Of a stretch of DNA of 64,000 nt, positions 28,637-43,452 are shown piece after piece; the first letter of the stretch is position 1; each line of letters starts with the position of its first letter. The position numbers and the translations under genes are program-made. The notes beneath the pieces are model-generated. The model was not told the DNA's origin. It did not search any database and saw only the letters and a list, made by a program, of their open reading frames with translations. The stretch comes from Octopus vulgaris (lineage: Eukaryota), in NCBI GenBank assembly GCA_951406725.2, contig OX597817.1:109802001-109866000 (forward strand), given 5' to 3'.

Positions 28637-28742
28637 ACATATGTACATATACATACATACATACATACATACATACATACATACATACATACATACATAC
28701 ATACATACATACATACATACATACATACATACATACATACAC

Positions 28743-29121
28743 TTGTTTATAAGAGTGTATAAATACACAAAGAGAAGCCCATCGATAGGACTTCTTACAT
28801 GCTGGAAGGGGCAGTCACAACCCAAACCACGAAACAAATTATTAAGGCCCGCTGCTTGTAGGCACTAGAAGGAATAAAAATTCAGTAAACCTTATATTCA
28901 TTAGTTTCGTTAGTAATGACCAAATAAACCATTGATTTACTTGGTCATTAAAAGCGAAACTGATGAGAGTAAGGTTTACTGAATTTTTATTTCTTCTAGT
29001 GCCCACAAGCAGCTTGACTTAAGAATTTGTTTTGTGGTTTGGGTTGTGACTGCCCTTTCCAGCATGTAAGAAGTCCTATCGATGGTCTTCTCTTCGTGTA
29101 TTTATACACTCTTAAAAGCAA
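28743..29121. repeat. Foldback palindrome (186-bp arms, 7-nt loop, ~89% arm identity)
   Basis: 28743-28928 is the reverse complement of 28936-29121. A mirrored CGAAACT flanks the central hairpin. Confidence 0.9.
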
Positions 29122-30613
29122 ATATTTTACGTTTTATAACTTTTATTAAACATGCGGACCACTAGTACTAAATTGTTTACGCAATGCGTAAATAAATGTA
29201 AGTTTACGTTGTCCATCGTATACTTTTTTGTTTAAATTTGCATATATGTGCATGTATGCATAAATGCAAGTCGTAAGTATAAAATAATATAGTGGACATG
29301 GTTGTTTATGTAATGCATAATTATATGTAAGCTTTCGTTTTCAATCATTTACTTTTTGGTTTTAGTATACTTTGATGTGTATGTATAAATGCAATTCGTA
29401 TATGTAAAATAAGATAATAGATATAATAATTATTTTTTATTTTTTTCTTTACATAACGCGTAACCCTATAGGTAAGTATAATTCACTTCTTAGGTATAAA
29501 TCACTTCTTAAGTATAAATCACTTCTCTGTTGTTTGTAAATACCTATCCAAGTTTTAACATATAAATGAATGTACTTTTATTCAACATTTTATTCAGTTT
29601 AGATAAACTATTATGCTCTACCTTACTAACTTTCTAACCCCATATTGTTTTAAAACAGGCCTAACGGATGCGTTTAAAAGAATTAGCCAATTGAAAATAG
29701 ATCAGGAATTTAACTGACCGCTCCCTAAACCCTAATATATTTTTAAATATTTAATATGCATAAGTTAAATAGCCAATAATTTAAATGACTGCTCCCTAAC
29801 CCCCAATATAATTTTAAATATCTTTAAATATTTAATATGCATACATTAACGCAAACCTTTGGACTAAATTAAACTTGGACATGGAGTTTAAGTTACTACT
29901 ATGTTTTTTAAAATTAAATTTATTTGATTATGTGAATGTATTAATTTTAATATCCATATAACAAAAATGTAAACATTGTGAAATCCAATATGCATATAAC
30001 AGTGACTTATATTTTGTGAACCTAACCCAGCCTGGACATATAACTCTGATTGAATGTTTTGGATGCTAGAATTCAATTTGTTCGTGTTACCTGGATGTGT
30101 TAAGTAATATTTAGATTATGTTTGTATGATTAATATATTCATACGCAAATATTTTGTTTGTGCATATGTGTATATATATATATATATATGTGTGTGTATG
30201 TGTGAATATTTATATTTCGTACCTTGTTTCATGAATTTTTGTTATGTTGTTTAGTATTATCGTTAAAACAACAATACTGTTGGTACTGTTAAAAGTGGTA
30301 GTATATATACATTAGAATGTATTTACTTGACTATACGAAGTATGATAAATCCAATGTAATATAATATATTGTTCAATGTTGTTCTTTATATATTTTGCGC
30401 ATGTGAATAGTATGTACGATTTGCCTATGTATGTAGATGTATGTATATTTGTATATTTTTTATATGTATATATGTGTTTATGTGTATATATATATATATA
30501 TATGAATGTATGTATTTTGAATATTTGTCTTATTATTTATTTGTTTATATTGGATAATAAGTGAAGCATGTTTTGTATGTCAATATTATTATTATACTTT
30601 CTAGTCATTTATA

Positions 30614-30745
30614 TCCTCTGATGAGGCCTTTGCTTATTTAAACATACAAGTATAATTTTTAATGCCTAGAACTATATTACACCGACATCTATAGGCAATA
30701 TAAGTTGAATTAACTCTTGACCATAGGTTGAAACAGCTGTAAGGA
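30614..30745 (+). ncRNA. Type I hammerhead ribozyme motif (Penelope type) with an intact catalytic core and a long stem-II insert
   Basis: UCCU-CUGAUGA-GGCCU..(95 nt)..AGGUU-GAAA-CAGCUG-UA-AGGA. It has a 4-bp stem I and a palindromic stem III, with predicted cleavage after GUA at 30741. Confidence 0.8.
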
Positions 30746-30902
30746 GCAGTTTATTTGTATTATTTTTATTATTATATTACATATTGATGTATTTTGTTTT
30801 GTTCGATTTTGATGTTCCCATTTGTATAATTAATAAATAATGTGAAATTGTAATATCCGTAAGTTGATGATCGAAATGAATTTGTTTCTCCATTTTCCTA
30901 TT

Positions 30903-30939
<37 letters not shown>

Positions 30940-30941
<2 letters not shown>

Positions 30942-31150
30942 TCTTTTACTTGCTTCAGTCGTTTGACTGCGGACAAGCTGAAACACTGCCTTGGAGGGTT
31001 TTAGTCGAAGAAATCGACCCCAGGACTTATATTTTGTAAGTCTAGTACTTATTTTATCGGTCTCTTTTGCTGAATCGCTAAGTTACGAAGATATAGACAC
31101 GCCAGCATCGGTTGTCAAGCGATGGCAGGAGAACATACACAGATACAAAG
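30940..31150 (-). mobile_element. SINE family B, 3' half
   Basis: Reverse complement matches 60630-60830. Confidence 0.85.
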
Positions 31151-31233
31151 ACCTGAACACATAAATCAAGGCGGCGGCTTAGCATGCCTGCAGTCTAATG
31201 ACTGAAACAAGTAAAAGATAAAAGATAAATAAG

Positions 31234-31297
<64 letters not shown>

Positions 31298-31540
31298 CTG
31301 TGTGTGTGTGTAAGTATGTATATACATACATAGATATAAGGATAAAAATTATTCAAATAATTTGCGGTAAAAATATTTTTTACCTTCACCCATTCAATAC
31401 AATAAATGAATTAGTTGCATTACAATTAAAAGCATTGATGTATTTAGTATTTGGGTACTTTACCAGCAGTATATTGGATAACAGATATCCCATAGTGGGT
31501 TACTTTCATAACCCCTATCATACTTTGTACTATATATATT

Positions 31541-31599
<59 letters not shown>

Positions 31600-31680
31600 G
31601 TATGTATATATGCATGTACGTACGTATGTATGTATGTATGATGTAAGTAAATAGATAGACAGACAGACAGATAGACAGAT

Positions 31681-31725
<45 letters not shown>

Positions 31726-31922
31726 CATAGATACATACATACATACATACATACATACATACATACATACATACATACATACATACAACATACAATAATT
31801 TTTGATAATCATGAATGCTGACACATAAGTTTCGTCTTGTTTGCGCCTTCGAGGTAACAGCAGGATGAAATTTATTATATACTTAATGTATAGAATAAAT
31901 TAATTACACATGCATATTTGTC

Positions 31923-32148
31923 ATCTAATTTTATATTAAAAAATGTTTCCTCGATATATAACTTAGATGTATGTGTAACATGCATATGTGTATGCGTACT
32001 ATATATATATACATACATACATATACATGTTACATATACATTTAAGTGATACATTGGTAAAATATTTAATTTTATATTAGAAAATATTTCACCAATGTAT
32101 AACTTAAATGCATATGTAACATGCATGTATGTATGCGTACTATATATA

Positions 32149-32150
<2 letters not shown>
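31923..32150. repeat. Local direct duplication (~87-bp unit, ~141-bp period)
   Basis: taattttatatta.aaaat.tttc...tataactta.atg.at.tgtaacatgcat...gtatgcgtactatatatat occurs twice. Confidence 0.8.
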
Positions 32151-32198
<48 letters not shown>

Positions 32199-32753
32199 TA
32201 CATATATATGTAAATATATAGTATAAATAATATGTATATATATGCATATATACATTCGTTTTTTTCTCTCTTCCTTTCTCCCCTCTTCCCCCTCCTGTTT
32301 TTCTCTCACTTATCCTACCTCCAAAATTTTTTCCTCTCCCCCTCAGTTCTCTGTCTGTCACTCTCATTCCCTCACTCTTCTTCCCTTGCTCACGTGGCTC
32401 CCACGTTATTATCGGCCATCTTTCTTCTACTAACGTGTGTTCCTTTCTTTCTCACCGTTGTATCCAGTCCAAGCTTGATTTACGCGTTTGCCACCACAAC
32501 CTCGTTTAGGTTTAGTAGCCCTTCCTGTTTTTTTTCACTGTCCTGTTTATGTTATCAATTTTGACCCTCCGCAAAATCCCAAATTAATTTGCTTTGCGGG
32601 AGCAACTGTTTTATCGAAAGCGTATTTTGTTGTCAAATGCTCGAAATACGAGAGTAGAACTGATGAAAAGTCGTTTTTGTGTTGTTTGTCTTGTTTTCCA
32701 TTTGTGTCTTTCGTTGATTGAAAAATAGTTTCGTGAAGTCCTGTGCACACATA

Positions 32754-32802
<49 letters not shown>

Positions 32803-32855
32803 GTTTTGATGTATGTACATATACGTATGCATATATGCATATATATATGTATATA

Positions 32856-32898
<43 letters not shown>

Positions 32899-32962
32899 TA
32901 TATTATTATATGATTGAACGCCGCACATCTTCCATCTATATACACATTATATACAAACACAC

Positions 32963-32993
<31 letters not shown>

Positions 32994-33245
32994 TGTATGT
33001 ATGTATGTATGTATGTATGTATGTATGTATGTATGTATGTATGTATGTATGTATGTATGTATGGAATGGGACAGAGATAAATATTACCTCTGTCCGTTTT
33101 CCATTTTGTTATAAATTTCATTTGTTTTTCCTATTGTAATTTAAAAAGTGTATCCTATGTTTTTCTTTGAATTGTGTTTATTTTTCATGTTCTTTTCATT
33201 GCAGTGAATATATTTGAAATTTAGTTATATATTTAGTTATATATA

Positions 33246-33962
33246 TGTTTATATATACACACAAAATGTTATAAGTGTGTTACGAATTATATCTATGTTA
33301 CGAATATGAATGCTTATATACATATATTCAGGCATATATATCCCGTACATATGTTATTGTATGTGCATGTATGCGTGAGGATGTGTGTATGTGTGTGTAT
33401 GCATGGATGTTTATAGATATAATTCGTAACACACTTATAACATTTTGTGTGTATATATAAACAACAGTAACGATCGTCTCTTCCTGGACAGCCACATTAT
33501 GTTGGCAAATAGTCTTTATTTTCACATCAATGTTTTCACCTTATTTTTAATACTATAATTTCCTGTGAGATTTATTTGCCTCAGTTTGATAAAATCTAAC
33601 AAATATATAAATTGTTATTAAGCTTTAGTGACATATTTGTATCCTCATCTGTCTACTCTTTTCTAGTAGTTTGGTATGTTTTTGCTACAGCGCAAACGCA
33701 TGTAGGTTTGGCGAAACATACTGTTTCAATGTACATAAACATCCATGCATACACACACATACACACATCCCCACGCATACATGCACATACAATAACGTAT
33801 GTACGGGATATGTATGCCTGAATATATGTATATAAGCATTCATATTCGTAACATAGATATAATTCGTAACACACTTTAAACATTTTGTGTGTATATATAA
33901 ACAACAGTAACGATCGTCTCTTCCTGGACAGCCACATTATATTGGCAAATAGTCTTTATTTT
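33246..33962. repeat. Complex nested inverted and direct repeat (A B A' C ... B' A' C)
   Basis: 33246-33413 is inverted at 33735-33903, and 33412-33522 is directly repeated at 33853-33962. Identity is high in both cases. Confidence 0.9.
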
Positions 33963-34087
33963 AAAGACCTGTTACTGAATATCTCTCTTTCAGAGATTTA
34001 GAAAGAATAATGTCTCCATTTATACATATATATGTATTCACACATACACACACATACACACACATACACACATATACACACACACTC

Positions 34088-34119
<32 letters not shown>

Positions 34120-34120
34120 A

Positions 34121-34186
<66 letters not shown>

Positions 34187-34326
34187 GAAGCATATTTTAT
34201 TGTGTCCGGGGAGAGTGATTCTCTTATTATTTATTAAGTGGAAATTGAACCGGTGAGTCTGTTAAATAATAAGCCACTAAAAGAGATTGACTCTTCCCAG
34301 ATATAATAATATATATATAGACAGGC

Positions 34327-34415
<89 letters not shown>

Positions 34416-34573
34416 TAGTTATATATACCTAAACACACGCACTCTATACTCGTTCTCCACTTCAGCTTTACTATTGTTCTTATCTTTAGTACCCGACTGA
34501 ATCCTTTCGTCACACATCCTTTGACCTCTTCAGCGACACTCTTCTCTAATTTTGTCCTGTTTGGTCCATTCTA

Positions 34574-34613
<40 letters not shown>

Positions 34614-34616
34614 ATG

Positions 34617-34691
<75 letters not shown>

Positions 34692-34788
34692 TTATGGTCA
34701 TTTATACGTAAACATATAGATAGTTACACAGATGGTAGTTAAACAGACAGAGATACATATTTCTATATACTTAATATATACCCACATG

Positions 34789-34837
<49 letters not shown>

Positions 34838-35268
34838 TACACGTACGTATATGTGTATGTATGAATGTATGTATGTATGTATTATGTATGTATGCATGTA
34901 TGCATGTATGCATATATGTATGAATGTGTGCGTGTGTGCGTACATATATACACATGTAAGCGTATATATGCATCTGTTTTATGTTATATACAGTAGCAAA
35001 GACGGGGAGAACGCAATTTAGATGCAGGCTGAAATATTTACTTTATAAGGAGTGTATTATTGCTAATGATATGCCGCTAATCATTATTTTCATGTACAAA
35101 GTAGAACCTATCCCGGCCTAGTCTTTCACAGCTTGAATTAATACAATCATGAAGACAAATGGAAATTTCAAGATGGTTCCTCACTACAAATTCGTAGGCG
35201 ATAAGAAAGTTTGAAGAAAAACAAAATCCCGCAGATTTCATTATTATGAAAATTCTGTAACTTGAGGA

Positions 35269-35975
<707 letters not shown>

Positions 35976-36324
35976 CCACAAGATTCCGCGCCACGCAGTG
36001 GGACGATAATTAGTCCCAAGCAAGTATCTTCTACCATAGCCCCGAGCCGACCAAAGCCTTGTGTATGGATTTGGTAGACAGAAAATGAAAGAAGCCCGTC
36101 ATATATGTGTGTGTGTGTGTGTAGGTTAGTGCATATGTTTCTGTGTCTGTGCTTGCACTCCCCCAACATCGCTTGGCAACCGATGCTGGTGCGTTTGCGG
36201 TTTGGCAAAAAAGACGATAAAATAAGTACTAGGCTTACAAAGAATAAGTCCTGGGCCGATTTGTTTGACTAAAATTCTTCAAGGCGGTGCTCCAGCATGG
36301 CCGCAGTCCAAAAGATTATATATA

Positions 36325-36388
<64 letters not shown>

Positions 36389-37069
36389 ATATACATACGT
36401 ACATGCATACATATATAGAGAGAGATACATAGGTAGATAAATAGATAGGTGCATACGCATATGCATTGTATACCTACATACAAATACTTACAAGTGTATG
36501 CGTGTGTGTGTATGTGGTATGTACAAGCAAATATCTGTGTGACAAGTTGCAAAATTAACCTGGTAATAAAAAACATATATAAACGAGTATCAAAAGCAGA
36601 GGCGTGCTACAAAAACACTGAAACACTGATAAGAACGAAAATAGTAATTAGTTTTCTTCTATGTTTCTAAAATCTATTTTAAATATTAGATATGATACGT
36701 AGATGTATTAAAAAGAAAGATATTCATTGGATATTTTGAAAGTAATTTTTATACTGAAGCAAAGTAACACTAAATGTTTAAACACCTGTATCTCTGAAAT
36801 CTGTATAAAAATTTCAACTTTTGGAGAAAATATTAAAAACAGTAAGAAATATGGAAATATCCAAATTTAAATTTTCAGTTGATGTTATTATTCTTTTTCC
36901 ATAATGTAAATGCAATCATACAAAAAATTTCTTAATAAATATAAATAATTCATAAACAGACTTTTCTTATTAGATAATAAAGTCTGCTAGGTGAGAAGAT
37001 ATGTTTTAAATTGTTGATCACAATTGTATATTTGATAATCCCGAGAGTATCTTGCAAGTAAAGCTATTT

Positions 37070-37174
<105 letters not shown>

Positions 37175-37955
37175 TTGATTTTTTTTCTTATTTGTATATT
37201 CTAGTCATAGAAGCTAGAAATAACTAGATTGATTTAATAGATAATGTACATTGAACAACGATTTCAGAGCTTATTTTATTCATAAGTAAATTAGTTTGAA
37301 AATATATCACCAATTCTTGTCTTTGACAAGTCACAATGAGTGATTTCCCTAGGTATGACATTTAAAAAGTTGTTTTTTTTTGTTGTTTTTTTTTCAAAAC
37401 CTTTTCACTGAATAACATTGCCTATTTTTAACCATCACTGACCAAAATAGCAACTCTATTGCTTTGATCAGATTTTGCAGAATCATAACAACACTATTAA
37501 TTATGATTTCTTACTCAGTAGCAGCACTTCCGATTGATATTGATTCTGCCACTCAATACAGAAATCTTATCAGCGTTGCTAAGTAAATAATATTCTAAAT
37601 TATTTTTCTTGCTTGATTTTTTTCTTCTCTACCAAAATATTATTTTATTTTGATATTGCATAATAACTTCTGAATAGAATACACTGATAATCAAAAGCAT
37701 TTCAGCTATATTTATGAATAACTGACTGAATTTGATGAGATTAATCTACTGATTGAAGTTTGCCTTCTCACTACCAGTGATTAGATATTTAAAACTTACT
37801 GAGCCACCTCGACAAAACGTTAACTGGTACATTCAATGAATAATTATAACTCATCGCCATAAGAAGCAGAATTAATATTAAATTCTAATACTGAGTTCAA
37901 TCTCTCGAGCAGGGCTAAAAGTGGTAAAAAAAGCAGCTCACTAATAACGATCCTG

Positions 37956-38165
37956 AAGCAGTGAGCTAACAGAACCGTTAGTGCGTCATTTAGAACGTTT
38001 AGCGGCATTTCGTCCGACTCATTACGTTCTGAGTTCAAATACAGCCGAGGTCAACTTTGCCTTTCATTCTTTCCGGGTTGATAAAATAAGTATCAGTTGA
38101 GCACTGGGGTCGATGTAATCGACTATCCTCCTCATCCAAAATTTTAAACCTCATGCCTAAATACT
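37956..38165 (+). mobile_element. SINE family A copy
   Basis: ttagcggcatttcgtc...gagttcaaat...gcctttcattctttccgggttgataaaataagta...gcactggggtcgatgtaatcgact. Confidence 0.85.
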
Positions 38166-38482
38166 TAGTAGCAATCCTAATTGTATGGGCTAACAGCGGT
38201 GGCGCTGTCTTTCTGGTATTTACTCTATATGATGGCTGGTGTGTGAATTTTACATTTGGCATGAAAATCCTCGTGCGCAGGTCGTTAACGCTAGGTAGAT
38301 GATTATATTGGCTACAATTCGAGTATTGTGGGTTCTGTAACATATTATATAGAGTACAAGGACTATTGTACTCGAGTATTTCTTTATATTATATTTAGTA
38401 TTGTATGTTCAGTATTGGTCTATATTGTTGTCATAGAGAATAAAACCTATATGAATACTTCCTGGTTTAATTTACCTTATGA

Positions 38483-38616
<134 letters not shown>

Positions 38617-39502
38617 GCTGCTGCTATTGATGTTGCTGTTGTTGTTGCTGATACTGCTGCTGCTGTTGTTGTTTTATTGGAATGATTACATCTAAAATAA
38701 TTTTTTTCCTTCATTCATCGTTGGTGAACGTAGCCTTCAAGAACTGATGTCATCTGACAGTGACCCACGGTCATTAGGTATTCCTACCCTGAAGCGTAAC
38801 ACCCTTATGTTCCTGGGCCTTCAGTCAAATCCCTACTCAGCTTCACTTAGATTCCAAACTAGCTCCTTTCTTTTGTTCCGTAACCAACAAGAGGCGTGTT
38901 GCTATCCCACCTATAGTGCGCGCAACTGCGTTTTTCTTTCTTCTTCTCATGACGGTATACCATTCGCATACTGTTTGGCAAGGAATCCTATACAGTCAAT
39001 CAACATATGAAGAATGGATGCCTTATTCATAGAGGTAGATTTACAGATCCTTCAATGCGTCGAAAATACTTAAACTTAAATATATTCAATGCATCAATTT
39101 GATCAATTAAAACACTTGAAGGCGAGTGCCTCTGCAAAGCCTAGGTCCTATGACTGAAAGCAGTAAAGAATGTGTGTGCGTATGTGTGTGAAAAAGAAAT
39201 CTAACGCTAAAACATCAACAAAAGTCAATTAGATGTACACAATGAGTATATTAGATTGACGCAGGTGAGTGGAAAATCTCATGTTTTCTATAATGTTCTT
39301 CTTCAGGGAAAAGTTGAGAGGAGACAAATTAAAGAGAAACAGCAGTTTTAAATCTTTTGTGTAGAAACACTGGCTGTAACTGGTCTCTCTTTAATATTTC
39401 GGTCAACTTTTGTTTGAAGAAAGACTCTGTCTGGGACGTTGGGGCTTTCCACCCACCTCAGCAAGTTCACTGTGTTTTTTTGTTTATTTATAAATGTGTA
39501 TA

Positions 39503-39542
<40 letters not shown>

Positions 39543-41137
39543 CATTGATAACGAAAAGGAGAATGATTTATTCCCATCTATACAAAACGTCTTTTATTTA
39601 TTAAACAGTTTTCAACAGCATATATATATATATATATATATATATACTCTTTTATTTCGAATATCAAATATCATTTATACTTATATTTATTTCTTCTTTG
39701 ACTGTGCATTATCTCCACTCCAACATGTGGGTTTTTATATTAGACTGACGCTCAGTAAAAGTTTTAGATGAAAAAGTAAGAGTGGAAATTGTATGAGTAC
39801 AAATGCAACTATAAATATTTATATATTTAGTTTCTATTAATAGAAATATATTTATGTTGTATTTGTACTCATACGATACTATTCAGTTGTTTTACCAGAA
39901 TAAATTAATCTTAGGGATATAGTTTTACTATATTTGGGATTCGCTTCATATATGGACGTCTGACTGTCTAAATCCATTTAGAATGTATGTATAACGTCGT
40001 ATATCTTCAGTAAAAGATTAAATAATGGAATTGTTTCCAGCGTACGTATGCCATTAAATATGATGGATACTAAATTATTATAGATAAAACTTATTTTATT
40101 AACTATACTGAAGGCAAAGCAATCCAGTGAAAGAAAAATATATTAATAAATATGAACAGATAACAGATATATAAATTGATGGAGCGACGAATAAATTGAT
40201 GAACTTATAAGAAAATGTTTATAAATTGATATATATATCGTGATATAAAGAGAACAGAAAAGATAAATTGATGGAATGTCTTTTATCTCAAGAAAAAGCT
40301 TTTAGAGAAGTTTTAGTAGGTTATACAGATTATATTTCCTTCCAATATTAGAATAAGTAAATTTCAATCGAGCTAACAATGATTTGACCTCGAAGTTTTC
40401 GGCTATAGCTAAGAAATGGTGTACATACAAAGAAAATTTCATTATAGATTTTCTTTCTAACGACTAACAAATATTGATCAATATTTCTTCCATTTATGGG
40501 ACTTTTCCTTCATATGTTTGCGTTCACCGAACGCGTAAATCAATTCTTTTCTAAAGATATTCTTCGACGAAGTAAACATGCGTCAGCAGTTTTGTTGTTG
40601 TTGTTTTGTTTTGTTTTGTTTTTTCTCTTTTTGTTAATATTTTCTTAACTATATTGCGTTTACTCATGACAGAAAAATCACGTGGTGTCAAAAAATTAAA
40701 ATTGATGTCGTTTTACATCCATTTACTTTCATTTTCTGTTTCAAGCTATAAAAATATAGCTTAAAGGAAAAATAACTGATAAAATTTTCTGAATCTAATA
40801 TGATTAAAGGTATTAATGCAGCGAACACATTATTTGACGAAAATTGTTCCTTACAAACGTTTGAGGAATAATACATAGTTTTGCTTCAAGAACAACGTTC
40901 GAATTAAGCGGCAGGAAATATGAATTTCAAAAAGATCATTTATTGTACGTTGAAAAAATCTCCATGTTGAAAATAGCCAGAATACATTCATATATACATG
41001 CATACACACACACATACACACACACACTCACATACATACATGCAAACATACATATATGCATATATATATATATATATATATATTACAGTATAACGACAGC
41101 TTATGTATGTGTGTGCGTGCATACGTTTATTTACATA

Positions 41138-41211
<74 letters not shown>

Positions 41212-42084
41212 AACGTATGCACGCCCAAACATACATATGTGTGTGTGTTAACTGTCGAAAAAGGTAGAAAATATGAAACCCACACAGCAAATATCCAGAA
41301 TTCTAACAAATAAGCTGTCGTTATACAGTAAAACTTACTTTTATTAGCATAAATTTATTGATTTCATTCGGCTGACGCAGTTTTTATTCTATAAGTCGTG
41401 TTAACTCGTTTGAATCGAACCAATAAACTACTGTTATTAAATTTATCGATCAGGAATTTAGTGCGAGAAAAAGGATGAAGCAAAGGATCGTAATGCGTTG
41501 AAGCCCCATGCACTTACTATTCTACATCGTCAGCTTCACTATGACCTACAAGTATTCTGCTTCACACAATGCGTGTTCAAGTGTTATACTTTTAATAACC
41601 TTAACTAGTTAACGACATCAAAACCATGACCAAACATCTTCAACTAACGAAACATATTCCAGTATTATGTTGTAAGGAACCTCGACTATAGAGTAAAACC
41701 GAAGACACGCTCAAAATATTTAACATAATGGAACAGTGCTAACGAGACATATAGATATATATATCGGATTAGAAATCAAAACATTGCGAAAATACGGAAT
41801 ATCCTCGTGTCCTTCTTTTAAAATTGTAAAATACATGCAAACTAGAATTTTAATAATATAAAATATATTAAGATTAATATAAACAGACATAAATTGCAGC
41901 ATTGATGGGGTTGAAAGATTTGTTTTCAAATATACATTGAATTGCATATGACCAAAATTTAATGTAAAATTCTATACCTTTTGAAAAATAATGACTGGAT
42001 GAAATTGTATTATCTGACGATAGAGAATTAAGTCGCTGGCATATTTTGCAATTTAGCTCGCGCATTTATCATTTTAATGCTTAT

Positions 42085-42262
42085 TGCTGACTCAGCCCGG
42101 ATCGAACAGAGCTGGGATCAAAAACACTTCAATCGTGATCCCTTCTTTTTCTCCAGACATATAAATTTAGTGTATCTAGTACTACAGTATCCAATGCAAG
42201 TTCTTCTTTCAAGATGGTAGGATGGAATTTAAGGGATGTACAGTTGCTATTTCTAGCAGATC
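42085..42262 (+). repeat. Unclassified old interspersed repeat, representative copy
   Basis: Motifs 'tatctagtactaca.tatccaatg' and 'aagatggtagg...gctatttctagcag' recur at ~11540-11945, 50850-51030 and 51630-51830 (+), and at ~17100-17200, 48370-48570 and 61670-61860 (-). Confidence 0.65.
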
Positions 42263-43402
42263 ATTATTTGAGCGCCAGTATGTTTCACCGAGGTAAATAA
42301 GTTTTGAGTTTAAATATATTACAAGTACTGCATAGAATCTGAAAATTCCTACATTTAATTGCAAGATAGGGGATTGATTCTTAGAAATGATTTCACTACC
42401 ACATGAGCCTCTAATGTATTATTTTCTTAACCGTTTTATTTCTTGTGGAAATCAAAAATAAATGCCTAGGCGTATAGTTAGAAGTATAGCAATGACACAT
42501 TCTATTAGGTGATATTCTATAAAGTTTGAAAGATATATCTCGTAGCTGCTTATCAACATGGACTTGAAGTCGAGATACATTTTTATAGGTCATTTGTGAT
42601 AGACATACTTTATCAAAAAATATTTCACTCAATGTGATTAAAGAATCATTTGAAGACAGTATGTTAACATATTAAACTCAAGCAAAGAATTTCAAAAGGT
42701 TCTTTCCAAATTCTACCATTTAATTAAAACTATACTTTTAAATATAATCGAAATGAACTTAGAAGGTATTGCTTGTTTACATTCTTTTAATAATTTTTAC
42801 AGGTATGATGCGCTTAAGGAAGTAAAAGATGAATTAAAAATTTATTCATATATATATACAAGACAAGAACTGCAATTTTCGCCTGTCCAACCGCTGCCAA
42901 GGCTTAGTTCATAACTGAGATTATTTTCATTACTGTTCATTTCATTTCAGTTCAGCTACCTTGTTATTTGTATATGTATTAATGCATCTCTCTATCTACA
43001 TATCTATTGATATATATCTAGATTCACCTTAGATTTACCTATTTATCTATCTAAACATCTATCATATCTACTTTTCCTTCTGTCGATGTATGTATCCGTT
43101 TACTTTCAAAATACCGATAAGTATTTAAACGAAATAACAAAAGAAATCATAATGACGGTGCCCCAGTATAGCCAAAGCCTTTTGGTCTGGAACACGTACA
43201 GGATAAGTGTAACAACCATTGCTATTTACTAACTGAGGTTATTTTATTTATTTTAATTTAACTATCTATCGACGTGTTTTAATGCGTAAATTTATAGATC
43301 TTCATGACATCGTTTCAGAATGAAACATTTCAATTGTGCTTGCAATATTATTCTGCATACAAATGCATAATAATATAGACTTTCTTCTTCCTTGACTCTC
43401 GT

Positions 43403-43452
<50 letters not shown>

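Noticed and set aside
29470-29850. Short tandem units (gtataaatcacttct x3; ccctaa-containing duplicates) suggesting a CRISPR-like or telomeric array
   Set aside because: There are no unique spacers, the context is eukaryotic, and CCCTAA occurs only as isolated copies.
38715-39030. Possible L1/Tx1-type LINE C-terminal remnant
   Set aside because: There is only compositional and faint motif resemblance, which is not supportable.
39790-39875. Short imperfect AT-rich inverted repeat
   Set aside because: It is real but low-complexity, with no clear ribozyme or TE hallmark.
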